Positions 38,235 through 49,986 of a stretch of 64,000 nucleotides of DNA are shown here, one piece after another. The DNA comes from Burkholderiales bacterium (GTDB taxonomy: Bacteria > Pseudomonadota > Gammaproteobacteria > Burkholderiales > JACQAP01), in assembly GCA_035548375.1 (NCBI GenBank), contig DASZTG010000080.1, forward strand, positions 81,185 to 145,184, written 5' to 3'. Position 1 is the stretch's first letter. The number at the start of each line of letters is the position of its first letter. The notes under the pieces were generated by a model. It was not told the DNA's origin and ran no database searches. It saw nothing but the letters and a program-made list of their open reading frames with translations. The translations under genes and the position numbers were made by a program.

Positions 38235-41200
38235 CTACGCGACTTCCAGTGAAGACCCGCGCACGCGTTTCGTCTCTGTGATCCTGCGGCGGCCCCAGCC
38301 GCCGCGCCCGATCGGCTCGATGCCGTTGGCTGCAAGCGTGCGACGCAAGTCTTCCAGCACGGTGTGGCGCCGGCGCAGGAAGGCGTTGGCGAAGCAGCGC
38401 CAGAATACCCAGCCCACGCGTTGCAAGGTGCGCTGGCGCCGCATGTCGTCGACCCACTGCTGCGGCCCCTGGTATTTGTCCCCGTCGCACTCCACCGCGA
38501 GCCGCGTATCGTCGCCGCCTTCGACGACCAGGTCGATGCGATAGGCGCCGATTGCAACCTGCGGCGTCACGTGGTAGCCCTCGCCGTTCAGCCAGTCGAA
38601 CAATTCGCGCTCGATGCGCGACTCGCACAGGGTGCGCAGGTCCGTCACGCGCGCCGGTTCCTCCGCGAAGGGCCGCGAGAAATGCGTGATGAGGCCGCGG
38701 CGCAGCCGGTCCAGCTCGGAAAGCTGGTCGAGCTCCACGGAGCGCACCAGCACCATCCGGTCGCGCGCACGCGACGCGGCAACGTTGAAACGTTGCGCAT
38801 AGGTGTCGCGCGCAAGCGGCAGGCCGATGTCGTTCGGGGCGCAGACCATGGACAGGTACATGACGTCGCGCTCGCGCCCCTGGAACTGCCGCGCGTCCCC
38901 GCAGATCAGCGCATGCCGGCGCAATACTTCTGGCGTGAGTTCCTCGGTGAGCCGCTCCCAGATGCGCATGGCCTGGGCCTCGCCCAGCAGCGACACCACG
39001 CCGATCGAGCGCTCCAGCATCTTCGGATCGGTAGTGAGCGCCTTGATGTCGCGGACGATGAACTCGGCCTCCGCCCGGTTGATGCCGCCCTCGCTGCGCG
39101 CGTCGCTGACCACGTAGTCGAGCAGCGGCGGGTCGAGCCTGCGTGAAGCGGTGGAGAGCCGCAGCGGATAGAGCTCGTGGTGATAGAACTCGCGCTTGGA
39201 ATACTCGATGATCGGCGACACGCAGCGGAAATGCTCCTTCAGCATGACGCCGTTTTGCACGAACACGACCTTGGCAAGGTCGTAGATCGATCGATCGGTG
39301 GACATCTGCGCGGCGTAGACCGGAACCTGCTCGGACAGATGCCGCCTCATCAGCGAGACGATGCGCTCCTCGTCCACGCCGACGGTTTGCGGCGCCACCT
39401 GCCGGTCGTCGCCGACGATGAGCAGCTTCCTGGCCCGCAGCAACACCGGCAGCGCCGAAATATCCGATTGCGAGGCCTCGTCGATCACGACCAGGTCGAA
39501 GCTGCCGAGTTGCGCGGGAAGCGACTCGGACACGCGGTGGTGCGCCATGATCCAGCATGGGATCGCACGCTGCGCCTCGGCGGCCGCGGCGCGCGCGTCG
39601 CGCCGGTAGCGATAGGCGCGCTTGCCCGTGCCCTTGCCGATGCGTTCGATGGCATTCAGATAGGCCTGCAGCGCCGAGCGCACGGCCGTGGTCGCATTCT
39701 CCGCGAGCTTGAGCCAGCTGCGCTTGACCACCAGCTCCTCGTAGCATCGCGAAAGATCGTATTCGACTTCCACGCGCGCCGCGGAAAGTTTCTTCAGCTC
39801 GTCATGGGCATCGATCGCCTGCAGGTGGCTCGCCAGCCGGCGCAGCCGCCAGTCGCGCAGGACAGTCGCGGCGGAAAGCTTTTCGTCCAGGCCGGTCGGC
39901 GTCTGCCGCAGCTTGTGAGCGAGCTTGGGCGCGCCGGCGGCTTCGATGTTCGCGGTCACGCTGGCCACGATCCCCAGCGGCTCGGCAAGGGTGCGAAGGC
40001 GCGCCAGCTCCGACTCGAGCAGCTTCCAGCCGGCGAGCAGCTCCGCTTCGCCGACCTCGGGATTTCCCAGCATCTTCGCCATGAATTCGCGCATGCGGTC
40101 GAACACGCGGCCGCGCTTGCCGTCGAGCACGCGGTGCAATCCCTCGACCACCGACGACACCTCGCCGAGCTGGGACTTGGTGAGGTGGAACGCGAGCGCC
40201 AGTTCCAGTTCCACGAGCGCGGCGGAGTTCTGGTGTGCCGTGGCCGCGCGCGGCCAGCCCGGGAACAGCGACAGCGCCATGCGCGACAGCGTCTCTTCCT
40301 CGCTTGCCAGCCGCCTGAGCCTCGCGTAGTCGGCAAGCTGGGATTCGGCCGACAGGCGGCCTTTCGCATCCGCGGAGAGCACCGCCTGGAAGCCGATTTC
40401 CGGTGCCAGCGCATTCCAGCGCGCGGTCAATGCACGCCTGGCCTTCTGCAGGTCCAGGTGCGCCTGAATGAGCTTCCACTGCGCCATTTCGTTCGGGCGT
40501 TCGCCGTTGACCCGCACCAGGTCCAGCAGTTTCTTCGCCTCGGGCTTGCCGAATATCGCGAGGCCGAAAGCACGGCGTCCCTCCGCCAGGTTCGCCACCG
40601 CCTGCACGAACTGCGCGTCAGCATCGGCGCCGTCCGGCACGAACACCGCACGGGCGAGCGACTGCATGCGCTGCGAGCCGGCGCGCTCCATGTCTTCGGC
40701 CAGCGCTTCCAGCAACTCGAACAGGCGCGCCGGCGAGCGGCTTCTCAGCCGCACCATGGTTTCATCGGTCCACGAGGTGCGCAGCGCCTTGATTTCCTCG
40801 CGCAGTGCCTTGACGTGGACGATCTGCTCGGCCAGCAGCCTTGCTTCTATGAGCGACTCGGCACCGGAGCCCGCCGGCACCGGCAGTTCGCTGGCGCGTG
40901 CTTCATGCACGACCACGGCGTAGCGCTGCAGGTCATCGTGCGCGCGCACGAGAAGCAGCGAATTCGGCAATTCTCCCGGCCCGGGCAGCGGATTGACGGC
41001 GTACTGGATGTCCTCGCCGAGCTGCCGGCGCGCTTCCCGCAGGCGCACGATGTCGTCGGCGGAAAAACGCGGCGCGTACTGCGGGCCCACGCCGAGCGCG
41101 TCGGGCATCCACTCGAACTGGCCGATGTTGCGCATGACGTCGACGGCGGCATCCTGCGGGTCGATGTGCTCGCCTTCCAGGTCGATGCGCGAAACATTCA

Positions 41201-42932
41201 GCTTCGCCCAGCGCCCGAGGTCGGTGTCGATGCGCTTCAACTTGGCATGCAGGGCATCGACGGATTCCACCAGGCCGTCGACCCTGCGGCCGGTCGCGAC
41301 CGGGTCGAGGCTCTGGACCTCGGAAAAAATCTTGCGGATGGAGCCCTCGAGCTGGCTTGCGCCATAACGGTCGCCGGCGAGGACCGCGAGCGCCAGGGCC
41401 TGGATATCGCCCGGCAACAGGTCGCGCAGCACCGACAGCGCCGGATCGCGCATCGAGGTCACCAAGACGCGGCGCCCGTTCGCCAGCCAGTGGCAGATGA
41501 TGTTGGCGATGGTGTGCGTCTTGCCGGTTCCCGGCGGCCCCTGCACCACGACGCCGTCCGACACCTCCAGCATTTGCACGATGCGCGCCTGCTCGTCGTT
41601 GAACGGCTTCGGGAAGAACAGGTCCTGCGCCTCGACCGGCTCGGCGGCCCCGCCCGCATGGTAGGCGGCGGTCACGCCCCGGTACGACGGCAGCTTTGCC
41701 GGCGCCGCATCGCCAGCGGGTTCGCTGACCAGCGCCGCCACGGCGCCGGGCAGCGGCATGTCTTCCCGCTGTTTCGAGAGCATTTCGCGGAAGCGCTCGA
41801 GGTCCTGCACCGCGAAGACCGAGCTGCGCGGCCGCGCGAACAGCACCCAGCCGCCGATCAGTTCGACGCTGGCCGCGCCGGCATGGTTTGGAGGACTGCC
41901 CGCCGCCAGGGCGTTGCGCAGGATTTCCGCCAGCGGCTGCAGGCCATCGGCATCGAAGGCGGACAGCGGCTCGCTGACGCTGGTCAGGTATTGCTCCATC
42001 TCCTGTTCGGCCCGGGACAGGGCCGCGCCGTCGCCGTGAAGGAAGACTTCGAGCTCGAACCTGGGATCGACGTCACGCGGACGGATTTGCGCGGCCTGGG
42101 TCTCGGCATGGAAGCCGAGGTCCAGCGCCCGCGTCATCAAGGGATAGATCGTTTCCGCATCGCCCTGCCGGCAGCGGCACAGGCCCATGCCCCAGACCAG
42201 CTCGAGCTGTCCTTCCACCAGCGCGCCGGAAAGCTCCTGCTGCAGGGTAAACAGGCTGACGTAGAGATCCGCGGCCTGCCGGCGCTGGCTATCGGCCTGC
42301 GCCCACGACTGCCACGACGACTCCACGTAGCGGGCGAGCTGCGCCTCCACTTCGGCGCGGAACGGATAGCTTTCCAGGCGAACGGACGCCTGCGGATCCA
42401 CCGCCGGGTCGGCGGCCGCGCTGAGGTCCGCCACGGATTGATGGATGTCGCGGTGCGTGCCGGCGGCGATGAGCGCCTCACCCCTGACTTCGGCCGCCAG
42501 GGCGGGTTGCTCTGAGGACGATCGCGCGACGAGCCAGGGCGAAAGCCACCGGCTGTCGGTCAAGGGAGCGTTTCCGGCCGCGGGCGGCTGCGACAGCGCC
42601 AGCCAGATGTCGTCGTTGCCGTCCGGACCGGCGTCGTTGATGCGCAGGCCGCGTATGCCCTGCGCCTGGTGATCGAAAAGCAGGAGGTTGCCGTGATCGG
42701 CCACGTTCGATACGGGGCGGCTGCGCGCGCGCATCGATTGCAATGCATAGTCGACCAGCGCAACGAGGCGCCTTTGCGGAAGATTCACGGCCGTTGATAC
42801 GGTTCTTGTGATTCTGGCTTGAAAGTTTGCGTGTGCCGCTATCGTACCCGCAACCTTTGCGCCAATCGAGTGATCTGCGGCATCGCGCGCGCATCGAGAA
42901 ATCGCGGACGCGACGACGGCAGCCGCAGACAT
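38235..42932 (-). CDS. 1565-aa SF1 (Upf1-like AAA_11/AAA_12) helicase fused to a C-terminal PD-(D/E)xK DUF559/Vsr-like nuclease; Hhe-like architecture
   Basis: Walker A VVQGPPGTGKTH (aa 465-472, nt 41517-41540). Walker B LVVIDEASQ (DEAS at nt 39471-39482). LLIVGDDRQ, LKEHFRC, QFQGRERDVM and FNVAASRARDRMVLV. C-terminal YRIDLVVEGGDDTRLAVECDGDKYQG...RVGWVFWRC (nt about 38373-38624). Confidence 0.9.
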   Translation of the reverse strand: MSAAAVVASAISRCARDAADHSIGAKVAGTIAAHANFQARITRTVSTAVNLPQRRLVALVDYALQSMRARSRPVSNVADHGNLLLFDHQAQGIRGLRINDAGPDGNDDIWLALSQPPAAGNAPLTDSRWLSPWLVARSSSEQPALAAEVRGEALIAAGTHRDIHQSVADLSAAADPAVDPQASVRLESYPFRAEVEAQLARYVESSWQSWAQADSQRRQAADLYVSLFTLQQELSGALVEGQLELVWGMGLCRCRQGDAETIYPLMTRALDLGFHAETQAAQIRPRDVDPRFELEVFLHGDGAALSRAEQEMEQYLTSVSEPLSAFDADGLQPLAEILRNALAAGSPPNHAGAASVELIGGWVLFARPRSSVFAVQDLERFREMLSKQREDMPLPGAVAALVSEPAGDAAPAKLPSYRGVTAAYHAGGAAEPVEAQDLFFPKPFNDEQARIVQMLEVSDGVVVQGPPGTGKTHTIANIICHWLANGRRVLVTSMRDPALSVLRDLLPGDIQALALAVLAGDRYGASQLEGSIRKIFSEVQSLDPVATGRRVDGLVESVDALHAKLKRIDTDLGRWAKLNVSRIDLEGEHIDPQDAAVDVMRNIGQFEWMPDALGVGPQYAPRFSADDIVRLREARRQLGEDIQYAVNPLPGPGELPNSLLLVRAHDDLQRYAVVVHEARASELPVPAGSGAESLIEARLLAEQIVHVKALREEIKALRTSWTDETMVRLRSRSPARLFELLEALAEDMERAGSQRMQSLARAVFVPDGADADAQFVQAVANLAEGRRAFGLAIFGKPEAKKLLDLVRVNGERPNEMAQWKLIQAHLDLQKARRALTARWNALAPEIGFQAVLSADAKGRLSAESQLADYARLRRLASEEETLSRMALSLFPGWPRAATAHQNSAALVELELALAFHLTKSQLGEVSSVVEGLHRVLDGKRGRVFDRMREFMAKMLGNPEVGEAELLAGWKLLESELARLRTLAEPLGIVASVTANIEAAGAPKLAHKLRQTPTGLDEKLSAATVLRDWRLRRLASHLQAIDAHDELKKLSAARVEVEYDLSRCYEELVVKRSWLKLAENATTAVRSALQAYLNAIERIGKGTGKRAYRYRRDARAAAAEAQRAIPCWIMAHHRVSESLPAQLGSFDLVVIDEASQSDISALPVLLRARKLLIVGDDRQVAPQTVGVDEERIVSLMRRHLSEQVPVYAAQMSTDRSIYDLAKVVFVQNGVMLKEHFRCVSPIIEYSKREFYHHELYPLRLSTASRRLDPPLLDYVVSDARSEGGINRAEAEFIVRDIKALTTDPKMLERSIGVVSLLGEAQAMRIWERLTEELTPEVLRRHALICGDARQFQGRERDVMYLSMVCAPNDIGLPLARDTYAQRFNVAASRARDRMVLVRSVELDQLSELDRLRRGLITHFSRPFAEEPARVTDLRTLCESRIERELFDWLNGEGYHVTPQVAIGAYRIDLVVEGGDDTRLAVECDGDKYQGPQQWVDDMRRQRTLQRVGWVFWRCFANAFLRRRHTVLEDLRRTLAANGIEPIGRGGWGRRRITETKRVRGSSLEVA

Positions 42933-43011
42933 AAGCGCGAGAAGGACTTAGGCGCCGGGACTAAAGCACAACGTGATGCGCGGCTTGGAGCCGCGCATGT
43001 TGAAAGCTAGC

Positions 43012-43045
43012 GGCAAACGAAAAACGGGCGCATGGCGCGCCCGTT
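43012..43045 (-). terminator. Rho-independent terminator downstream of lon
   Basis: The 8-bp GC-rich stem ACGGGCGC / GCGCCCGT (43024-43031 / 43037-43044) is followed on the minus strand by TTTTTCGTTT. It lies 17 nt after the lon stop. Confidence 0.7.
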
Positions 43046-43061
43046 CCCCGTCGCCGGATTG

Positions 43062-45490
<2,429 letters not shown>

Positions 45491-45494
<4 letters not shown>

Positions 45495-45910
45495 GTCGAC
45501 TCCTTCTTGTTCTTGCTGAATGTGAGGGTGAGACACCCGTCCTGCAATGTCCTGCCGATCAACGCGAGCGACTGCGTGGGCAGCCCGATGCGCCGCTGGA
45601 AGCGGCCATGCGGGATTTCCAGCGCATGCACGCGTGCCCTGCCGTCGGAGCCTTCGAGCGGAAACGGCCGCCGCGCCGAAACCACGATGGCGCCCGGCTC
45701 GAACTGCACGAGGATGGAATCGGCGGCCGCGCCGGGCAGCGCCACGTGAACCGCCACGGTGTCCGCGGTTTCGATAACGTCCGCCGGCGGCTCCCATGCG
45801 GGTACCGCCGTGGCGGCCGGCCGGAAGAACTGGCGATGCAACCGGTCCGCCTGCTCCAGCAGCGACAAGGCTTCGCCCCACATGAGATTCGAGAGGTCGC
45901 GCGAATTCAT
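45491..45910 (-). CDS. Hsp20/alpha-crystallin family small heat-shock protein
   Basis: The ATG (complement of 45908-45910) is preceded by AAGGAG. ...PPADVIETADTVAVHVALPG...GRFQRRIGLP...LQDGCLTLTF. Its stop overlaps the lon start (ATGA). Confidence 0.8.
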
Positions 45911-45920
45911 CAGAAACTCC

Positions 45921-45959
45921 TTTCCCACCCTAGATAGCGGCTGCTAGCGCGGAATCAAG
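45921..45959 (-). promoter_or_regulatory. putative sigma-32 (RpoH) heat-shock promoter for hsp20-lon
   Basis: The minus strand reads GGCTTGATtccgcgctagcagCCGCTATCTA, compared with the consensus CTTGAA-N13-17-CCCCATnTa. It lies about 20 nt upstream of the hsp20 ATG. Confidence 0.45.
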
Positions 45960-46084
45960 CCGCCAAGACCCTGCGCGCCCCGCGGATTTCGCCATGACCT
46001 CATGCCGGCATGGAATGGGAATCGGGGCGCCGCGAACGCCTCCATCCGATGCGGTCTAAAAAGCGGATTTCAAGAGGAGGAGCA

Positions 46085-46327
46085 ATGGACTATCTCGACG
46101 CCATCCAATGGCCCGCAATGGCCGCGACCGTGGTCGCGGCCTGGCTGGTCGCTTCGCAGCGCAAGCGCAGGCGCGAAGCCGGATTCTGGGTTTTCCTGCT
46201 GAGCAACCTGCTCTGGGTAGCCTGGGGATTGCACGACGGCGCGTATGCGCTCATCGCGCTGCAGGTCGCGCTGGCCGCGCTGAATGTTCGCGGCGCAATG
46301 AAGAACGATCCGGCCTCAGGCAGCTAG
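46085..46327 (+). CDS. small 3-TM membrane protein, function unknown
   Basis: The internal ATG at 46085 is preceded by GAGGAGGAG. MDYLDAIQWPAMAATVVAAWLVAS...FWVFLLSNLLWVAWGL...ALIALQVALAALNV. Confidence 0.5.
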   Translation: MDYLDAIQWPAMAATVVAAWLVASQRKRRREAGFWVFLLSNLLWVAWGLHDGAYALIALQVALAALNVRGAMKNDPASGS

Positions 46328-46356
46328 GGTGATCGATATGAAATTGAGGCAGGACC

Positions 46357-46929
46357 TCAATGTCCCCGCGTGCCGATCAGCGCCAGGAACTCTTCGCGCG
46401 TGGCGACGGAGTCGCGGAAGGTGCCGAGCACCGAGGACGTGATCATCTCCGAGTTCTGCTTCTGCACGCCGCGCATCATCATGCACAGGTGCCTGGCCTC
46501 GATCATGACGCCCACGCCCTGCGCGCCGATGGTGTCCATGACGACGTGCGAGATTTCCTCGGTGAGCCTTTCCTGGATCTGCAGGCGCCGCGCGTAGACG
46601 TCGACCAGGCGGGCCAGCTTGGAAAGCCCGAACACCTTGCCGTTCGGGATGTATCCGATGTGGCAGCGTCCGAAGAACGGAAGCATGTGGTGCTCGCACA
46701 GGCTGTAGAGCTCGATGTTCTTCACGATGACCATGCTGTTGGTCTCCTGCGTGAAGATGGCGTCGTTGATGACGCTCGCCGGTTCCATGCGGCTGCCGGA
46801 CGTCAGGAAATCCAGCGCGCCGGCCACGCGGTGCGGCGTCTTCAGCAGGCCCTCGCGCTCCGGGTCCTCGCCAAGCTCGACCAGCAGTTCATGGACGAGC
46901 TTTTCTATCCTGGCGGTGTTCACTGCCAT
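46357..46929 (-). CDS. folE: GTP cyclohydrolase I
   Basis: 190 aa. ...[28 protein letters not shown]...LQIQERLT. Confidence 0.95.
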   Translation of the reverse strand: MAVNTARIEKLVHELLVELGEDPEREGLLKTPHRVAGALDFLTSGSRMEPASVINDAIFTQETNSMVIVKNIELYSLCEHHMLPFFGRCHIGYIPNGKVFGLSKLARLVDVYARRLQIQERLTEEISHVVMDTIGAQGVGVMIEARHLCMMMRGVQKQNSEMITSSVLGTFRDSVATREEFLALIGTRGH

Positions 46930-47022
46930 GGCCTGCTCCTGTGGTGTTGTGGTGAGACGATGGTAGCCGAATCCGCAATGCGGGATTCCGTTGGCGCCGC
47001 TCCGCTGGGAACCGAACCGACG

Positions 47023-47559
47023 CTACGCAGAGAGGCGAATGGGGGGTTCCGCGTCGTCTTGCGCGATTGCATTCGCTGACGGCGCATGCAGTTGCGCCTG
47101 ACGCGATTGCACGAGCGCGGCAATCTCCAGCGCGCGCGAGAACGGCACATCCACGGTGAGCAGGATGGTCCCCTCCGCCGCGGCGCGCTCCAGCGCGGCG
47201 ATCCTGGAATTGGGTGCCAGCACGCCGGCCGTCATGGAAATGCACGCGCCGATCGCCGCACCGACGATCGCGCCGACCGGCAATGTGGCGAGATAAAGGT
47301 GCGTCTCCGGCGGTGGGAACAGGACCATCAGGCCGCCGACGATCCAGCCCAGCATGGCGCCATAGGTCAGGCCGACGCCGGCGATCGGGAGGAATTGCGC
47401 CTTCTGCAGGACGCCGGATTCCGGCAGGTCGTCCAGCGACGATCCCCGGCTCGCCACGCAATGGATGTTCGGGCTCGCGATGCGCGCCCCCAGCAGGTCA
47501 TGCACGACCTGTTCGGCGCTTGCGATGTCGGGCAACGCGAAGTAGAGAGTCTGGTTCAT
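47023..47559 (-). CDS. hypothetical membrane protein
   Basis: 178 aa with an ATG start. Central Gly-rich TM pair (IAGVGLTYGAMLGWIVGGLMVLF / LPVGAIVGAAIGACISM). No family recognised. Confidence 0.5.
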   Translation of the reverse strand: MNQTLYFALPDIASAEQVVHDLLGARIASPNIHCVASRGSSLDDLPESGVLQKAQFLPIAGVGLTYGAMLGWIVGGLMVLFPPPETHLYLATLPVGAIVGAAIGACISMTAGVLAPNSRIAALERAAAEGTILLTVDVPFSRALEIAALVQSRQAQLHAPSANAIAQDDAEPPIRLSA

Positions 47560-47721
47560 CGGTGGAAGCGGAATTCGCGCGGGCAGGCGGAATTCCTCGC
47601 ATGCGTCTGACTGCCGCCGACGACCGTTGGTTCCAACGGAGTATTCGCGCGATCAACGCGCGCACCGGCGCGCACCAGAGGTGGACCGTCGGCTCCGTAT
47701 CCGTGCATGCGTGCAAGCAAG

Positions 47722-48624
47722 TTAGCGATTGCCCGCATCGCGTGGAGGGATCGTCTTCAGGAATGCGTGAATCGCGTCGGCGTCGGTATCGTCGAGTAGC
47801 GCGAAGCTGCGAAACGGCATGACCCTGCTGACTTCGCTGCCGTCCGGACGCTTGCCCGAACGCAGCATCGCGCGAAACTTTTCCGGCGTGTCGTAGCTGC
47901 CCATGACGCTGCCCTTGCCCGGCGTGAGGTTCGCCGCCGGCGGCCAGGCTGGCGGGCCGCCCGGAATCTTGCCGCCGGACAAGCCCGGTCCGTGGCAGCC
48001 GATACAGGCGTTCGCCACGTAGGCGCCGTGTGTCGCGTTGACCGCCGCCGGCACAGGCCTGGAGGGCGGCAGCGAGTGATCGATTTTCTCGGCGGAATCC
48101 CGGATCACGCCGAATGCGTAGAGCACTTTCACCGGAAGCGGCAACCTGATTTCCGCGCCCTGGCCGTCGACTGGCGGCAGGCTGCGAACATAGGCCACGA
48201 GCGCGGCCAGGTCTTCGTCGGTGAGGCGGTTGTAGTCTTCGCTCGGCATGATGCGGGCGGGTCGGCCGTCCGGCTTGACGCCATGTCGAATGGTCCGCAC
48301 CCAATCCTCGGCCGAGTATTGCGCTGTGACGCCGCCCTTGCCGCCGGTTATGTTCGGCGCATGTATATAGAGTGAGCCATCGTTCACGACATCCGCGCCG
48401 TGCCCGTCCTGGGCGTGGCACTCCATGCAGCCGCGCGATTCGAACAGATATTTGCCGCGGGCAACGGCGCCGGCGTCGCTGGCGAATTGGACCGGCACGA
48501 CGGTGACGGCGACCGTGCGATTCGACTTGCGCTCGCTCAAGAACATGCCCGCAAGCGCGATGACGGCCGCGAGCACCACCAGGATCGCCACCAGAACGCC
48601 GAGAACGTTGAACACCCGCTTCAT
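47722..48624 (-). CDS. di-haem c-type cytochrome, membrane-anchored
   Basis: 300 aa. N-terminal TM helix and two CxxCH sites (CMECH, CIGCH). Confidence 0.8.
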   Translation of the reverse strand: MKRVFNVLGVLVAILVVLAAVIALAGMFLSERKSNRTVAVTVVPVQFASDAGAVARGKYLFESRGCMECHAQDGHGADVVNDGSLYIHAPNITGGKGGVTAQYSAEDWVRTIRHGVKPDGRPARIMPSEDYNRLTDEDLAALVAYVRSLPPVDGQGAEIRLPLPVKVLYAFGVIRDSAEKIDHSLPPSRPVPAAVNATHGAYVANACIGCHGPGLSGGKIPGGPPAWPPAANLTPGKGSVMGSYDTPEKFRAMLRSGKRPDGSEVSRVMPFRSFALLDDTDADAIHAFLKTIPPRDAGNR

Positions 48625-48692
48625 GCTTTTTCTTCGCTTGTCTGCATAGTCGATTGTTCGACCTGAAAAAAATAAATCCGGGCCGACGCACC

Positions 48693-48728
48693 AATAAAAA
48701 TGCGGCGACCGCCAGGCAGTCGCCGCAT
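48693..48728 (-). terminator. Rho-independent terminator downstream of the catalase-related gene
   Basis: Perfect 10-bp stem ATGCGGCGAC / GTCGCCGCAT (48700-48709 / 48719-48728) with a 9-nt loop, followed on the minus strand by TTTTTATT. Confidence 0.8.
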
Positions 48729-48770
48729 CGCGAAGTCTATCCGAATTATGGCTATTGCATGAATGTTCGC

Positions 48771-49775
48771 CTACTTCAGGCGTTGCCCGATGCTGACCGC
48801 GTAAGCTCCCGGACGTGCAAGCAGAATCGGGTCGGCCGACGCCTCGATGCCGTCGGTCAAGGTCAGCGGATTGAACATCAGCGCCTTCTGCGCCTGCGCG
48901 TCGTTGGCAACCGGAGCGGTGAGGGTGATCAGGCCCAGGTCGACCTGCGCACGATCATCGGGCCACACGGAGGTCGGATCGGTCAGCGAGTCACCCTTCT
49001 TCGCCAGCTGCACGATGAGCCGGAATTGCACGGGCTCGCGCGCCAGCCGCGCCGGCAGCTCTTCCATCAAGTAGTTCGGCCCCTTCTCGGCGACGGCCTT
49101 GTCACTCAAGCGCTGGTCGCCAGCGACGGGCAGGATCTGGTAGCGGCCGTATTCGCTCACGCCTTGCGCATTGGTGAACTTGAAAGCATTGACGCCGTAA
49201 AAAGGCAGCGTGGCGAAACTCGCGGGCGCGGGCTTGGGCGTCGTGACGAATTTCACGGTCTCCGGATGGCTGCCGAGGAATTGCTCGATGGGAGAGGGCT
49301 TCGGCGCATCCGGACCGCTCTTGGCAACGGCCGTCAGCAACGCCAGAAGGTCCTCCGGCGTCTTGACCGGGAAGCCGTTGGCGGAGATGGCGACGATGTC
49401 GGTATACGAGCCGTCCGCGAGCTGGAAGCGGATCGCCATGCCGTGCGGACTCGCGTTCGGATCCGCGTCGGGAATGACCGGCACACCCGTGGCATTCGAA
49501 AAGCGCACTGTCACGGGAACCGTGCCCTGCAAATGTGCGGCCTTGGAAAGCGATGGCGCGACATCGGTCGGCGTGAAGGTTCCCGTCGCCAGCACGCCCT
49601 TGGCGTGGTTCGCGCGATAGCCCTCATGCGGACCGCCCGCGAGCGTGTTGAATGCGCCGACGAGTTGCTCGGACAGGCTTTTTTCTTCGGCGAATGCCGC
49701 GCCCGTTGCGCACAAGCCCAGGCAGGAAGCGGCCGCGATCGCCGCAAGAGTTAACCGGTTGTTTCTCAAGTCCAT
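48771..49775 (-). CDS. catalase-related peroxidase (small catalase-family haem protein), secreted
   Basis: The internal ATG (complement of 49773-49775) gives the signal peptide MDLRNNRLTLAAIAAASCLGLCATGAAFA. HAKGVLATGTFTP...VTVRFSNATG. Confidence 0.75.
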   Translation of the reverse strand: MDLRNNRLTLAAIAAASCLGLCATGAAFAEEKSLSEQLVGAFNTLAGGPHEGYRANHAKGVLATGTFTPTDVAPSLSKAAHLQGTVPVTVRFSNATGVPVIPDADPNASPHGMAIRFQLADGSYTDIVAISANGFPVKTPEDLLALLTAVAKSGPDAPKPSPIEQFLGSHPETVKFVTTPKPAPASFATLPFYGVNAFKFTNAQGVSEYGRYQILPVAGDQRLSDKAVAEKGPNYLMEELPARLAREPVQFRLIVQLAKKGDSLTDPTSVWPDDRAQVDLGLITLTAPVANDAQAQKALMFNPLTLTDGIEASADPILLARPGAYAVSIGQRLK

Positions 49776-49895
49776 GATGTCCCCTTTGATTTCTCTCCGC
49801 AAATGCGAAGGCCAGGGATCTTATAAGTGGATCGTGACAGGCAGGCAACCATGAATTTCATGAATCGCGCATGCGCATTTGCGCGTGAGCCCGCG

Positions 49896-49908
49896 AATTC
49901 GAAAGCAA
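49896..49908 (+). promoter_or_regulatory. putative Ada box (AAT-N6-GCAA) upstream of ada
   Basis: AATtcgaaaGCAA at 49896-49908, about 80 nt upstream of the ada ATG. It matches the E. coli Ada-binding consensus AATnnnnnnGCAA. Confidence 0.35.
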
Positions 49909-49986
49909 GGAGCGGAGTGTTCGCCCGCGGCCCCACCCCCATCATTGCTTCGACGGCGCATTCGCCGGCTCGACTGGAGGACTATC

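Noticed and set aside
46930-47022. Possible riboswitch or attenuator upstream of folE (hairpin GAATCCGCAATGCGGGATTC)
   Set aside because: It is a short imperfect hairpin without a U-tract, and I recognise no similarity to THF or preQ1 riboswitch cores. More likely it is incidental or a weak terminator for the upstream gene.
49879-49986. Upstream extension of the ada ORF (start at 49879)
   Set aside because: The extension would cover the putative Ada box and encodes Arg-rich filler. The Ada Zn-finger domain aligns from the ATG at 49987.
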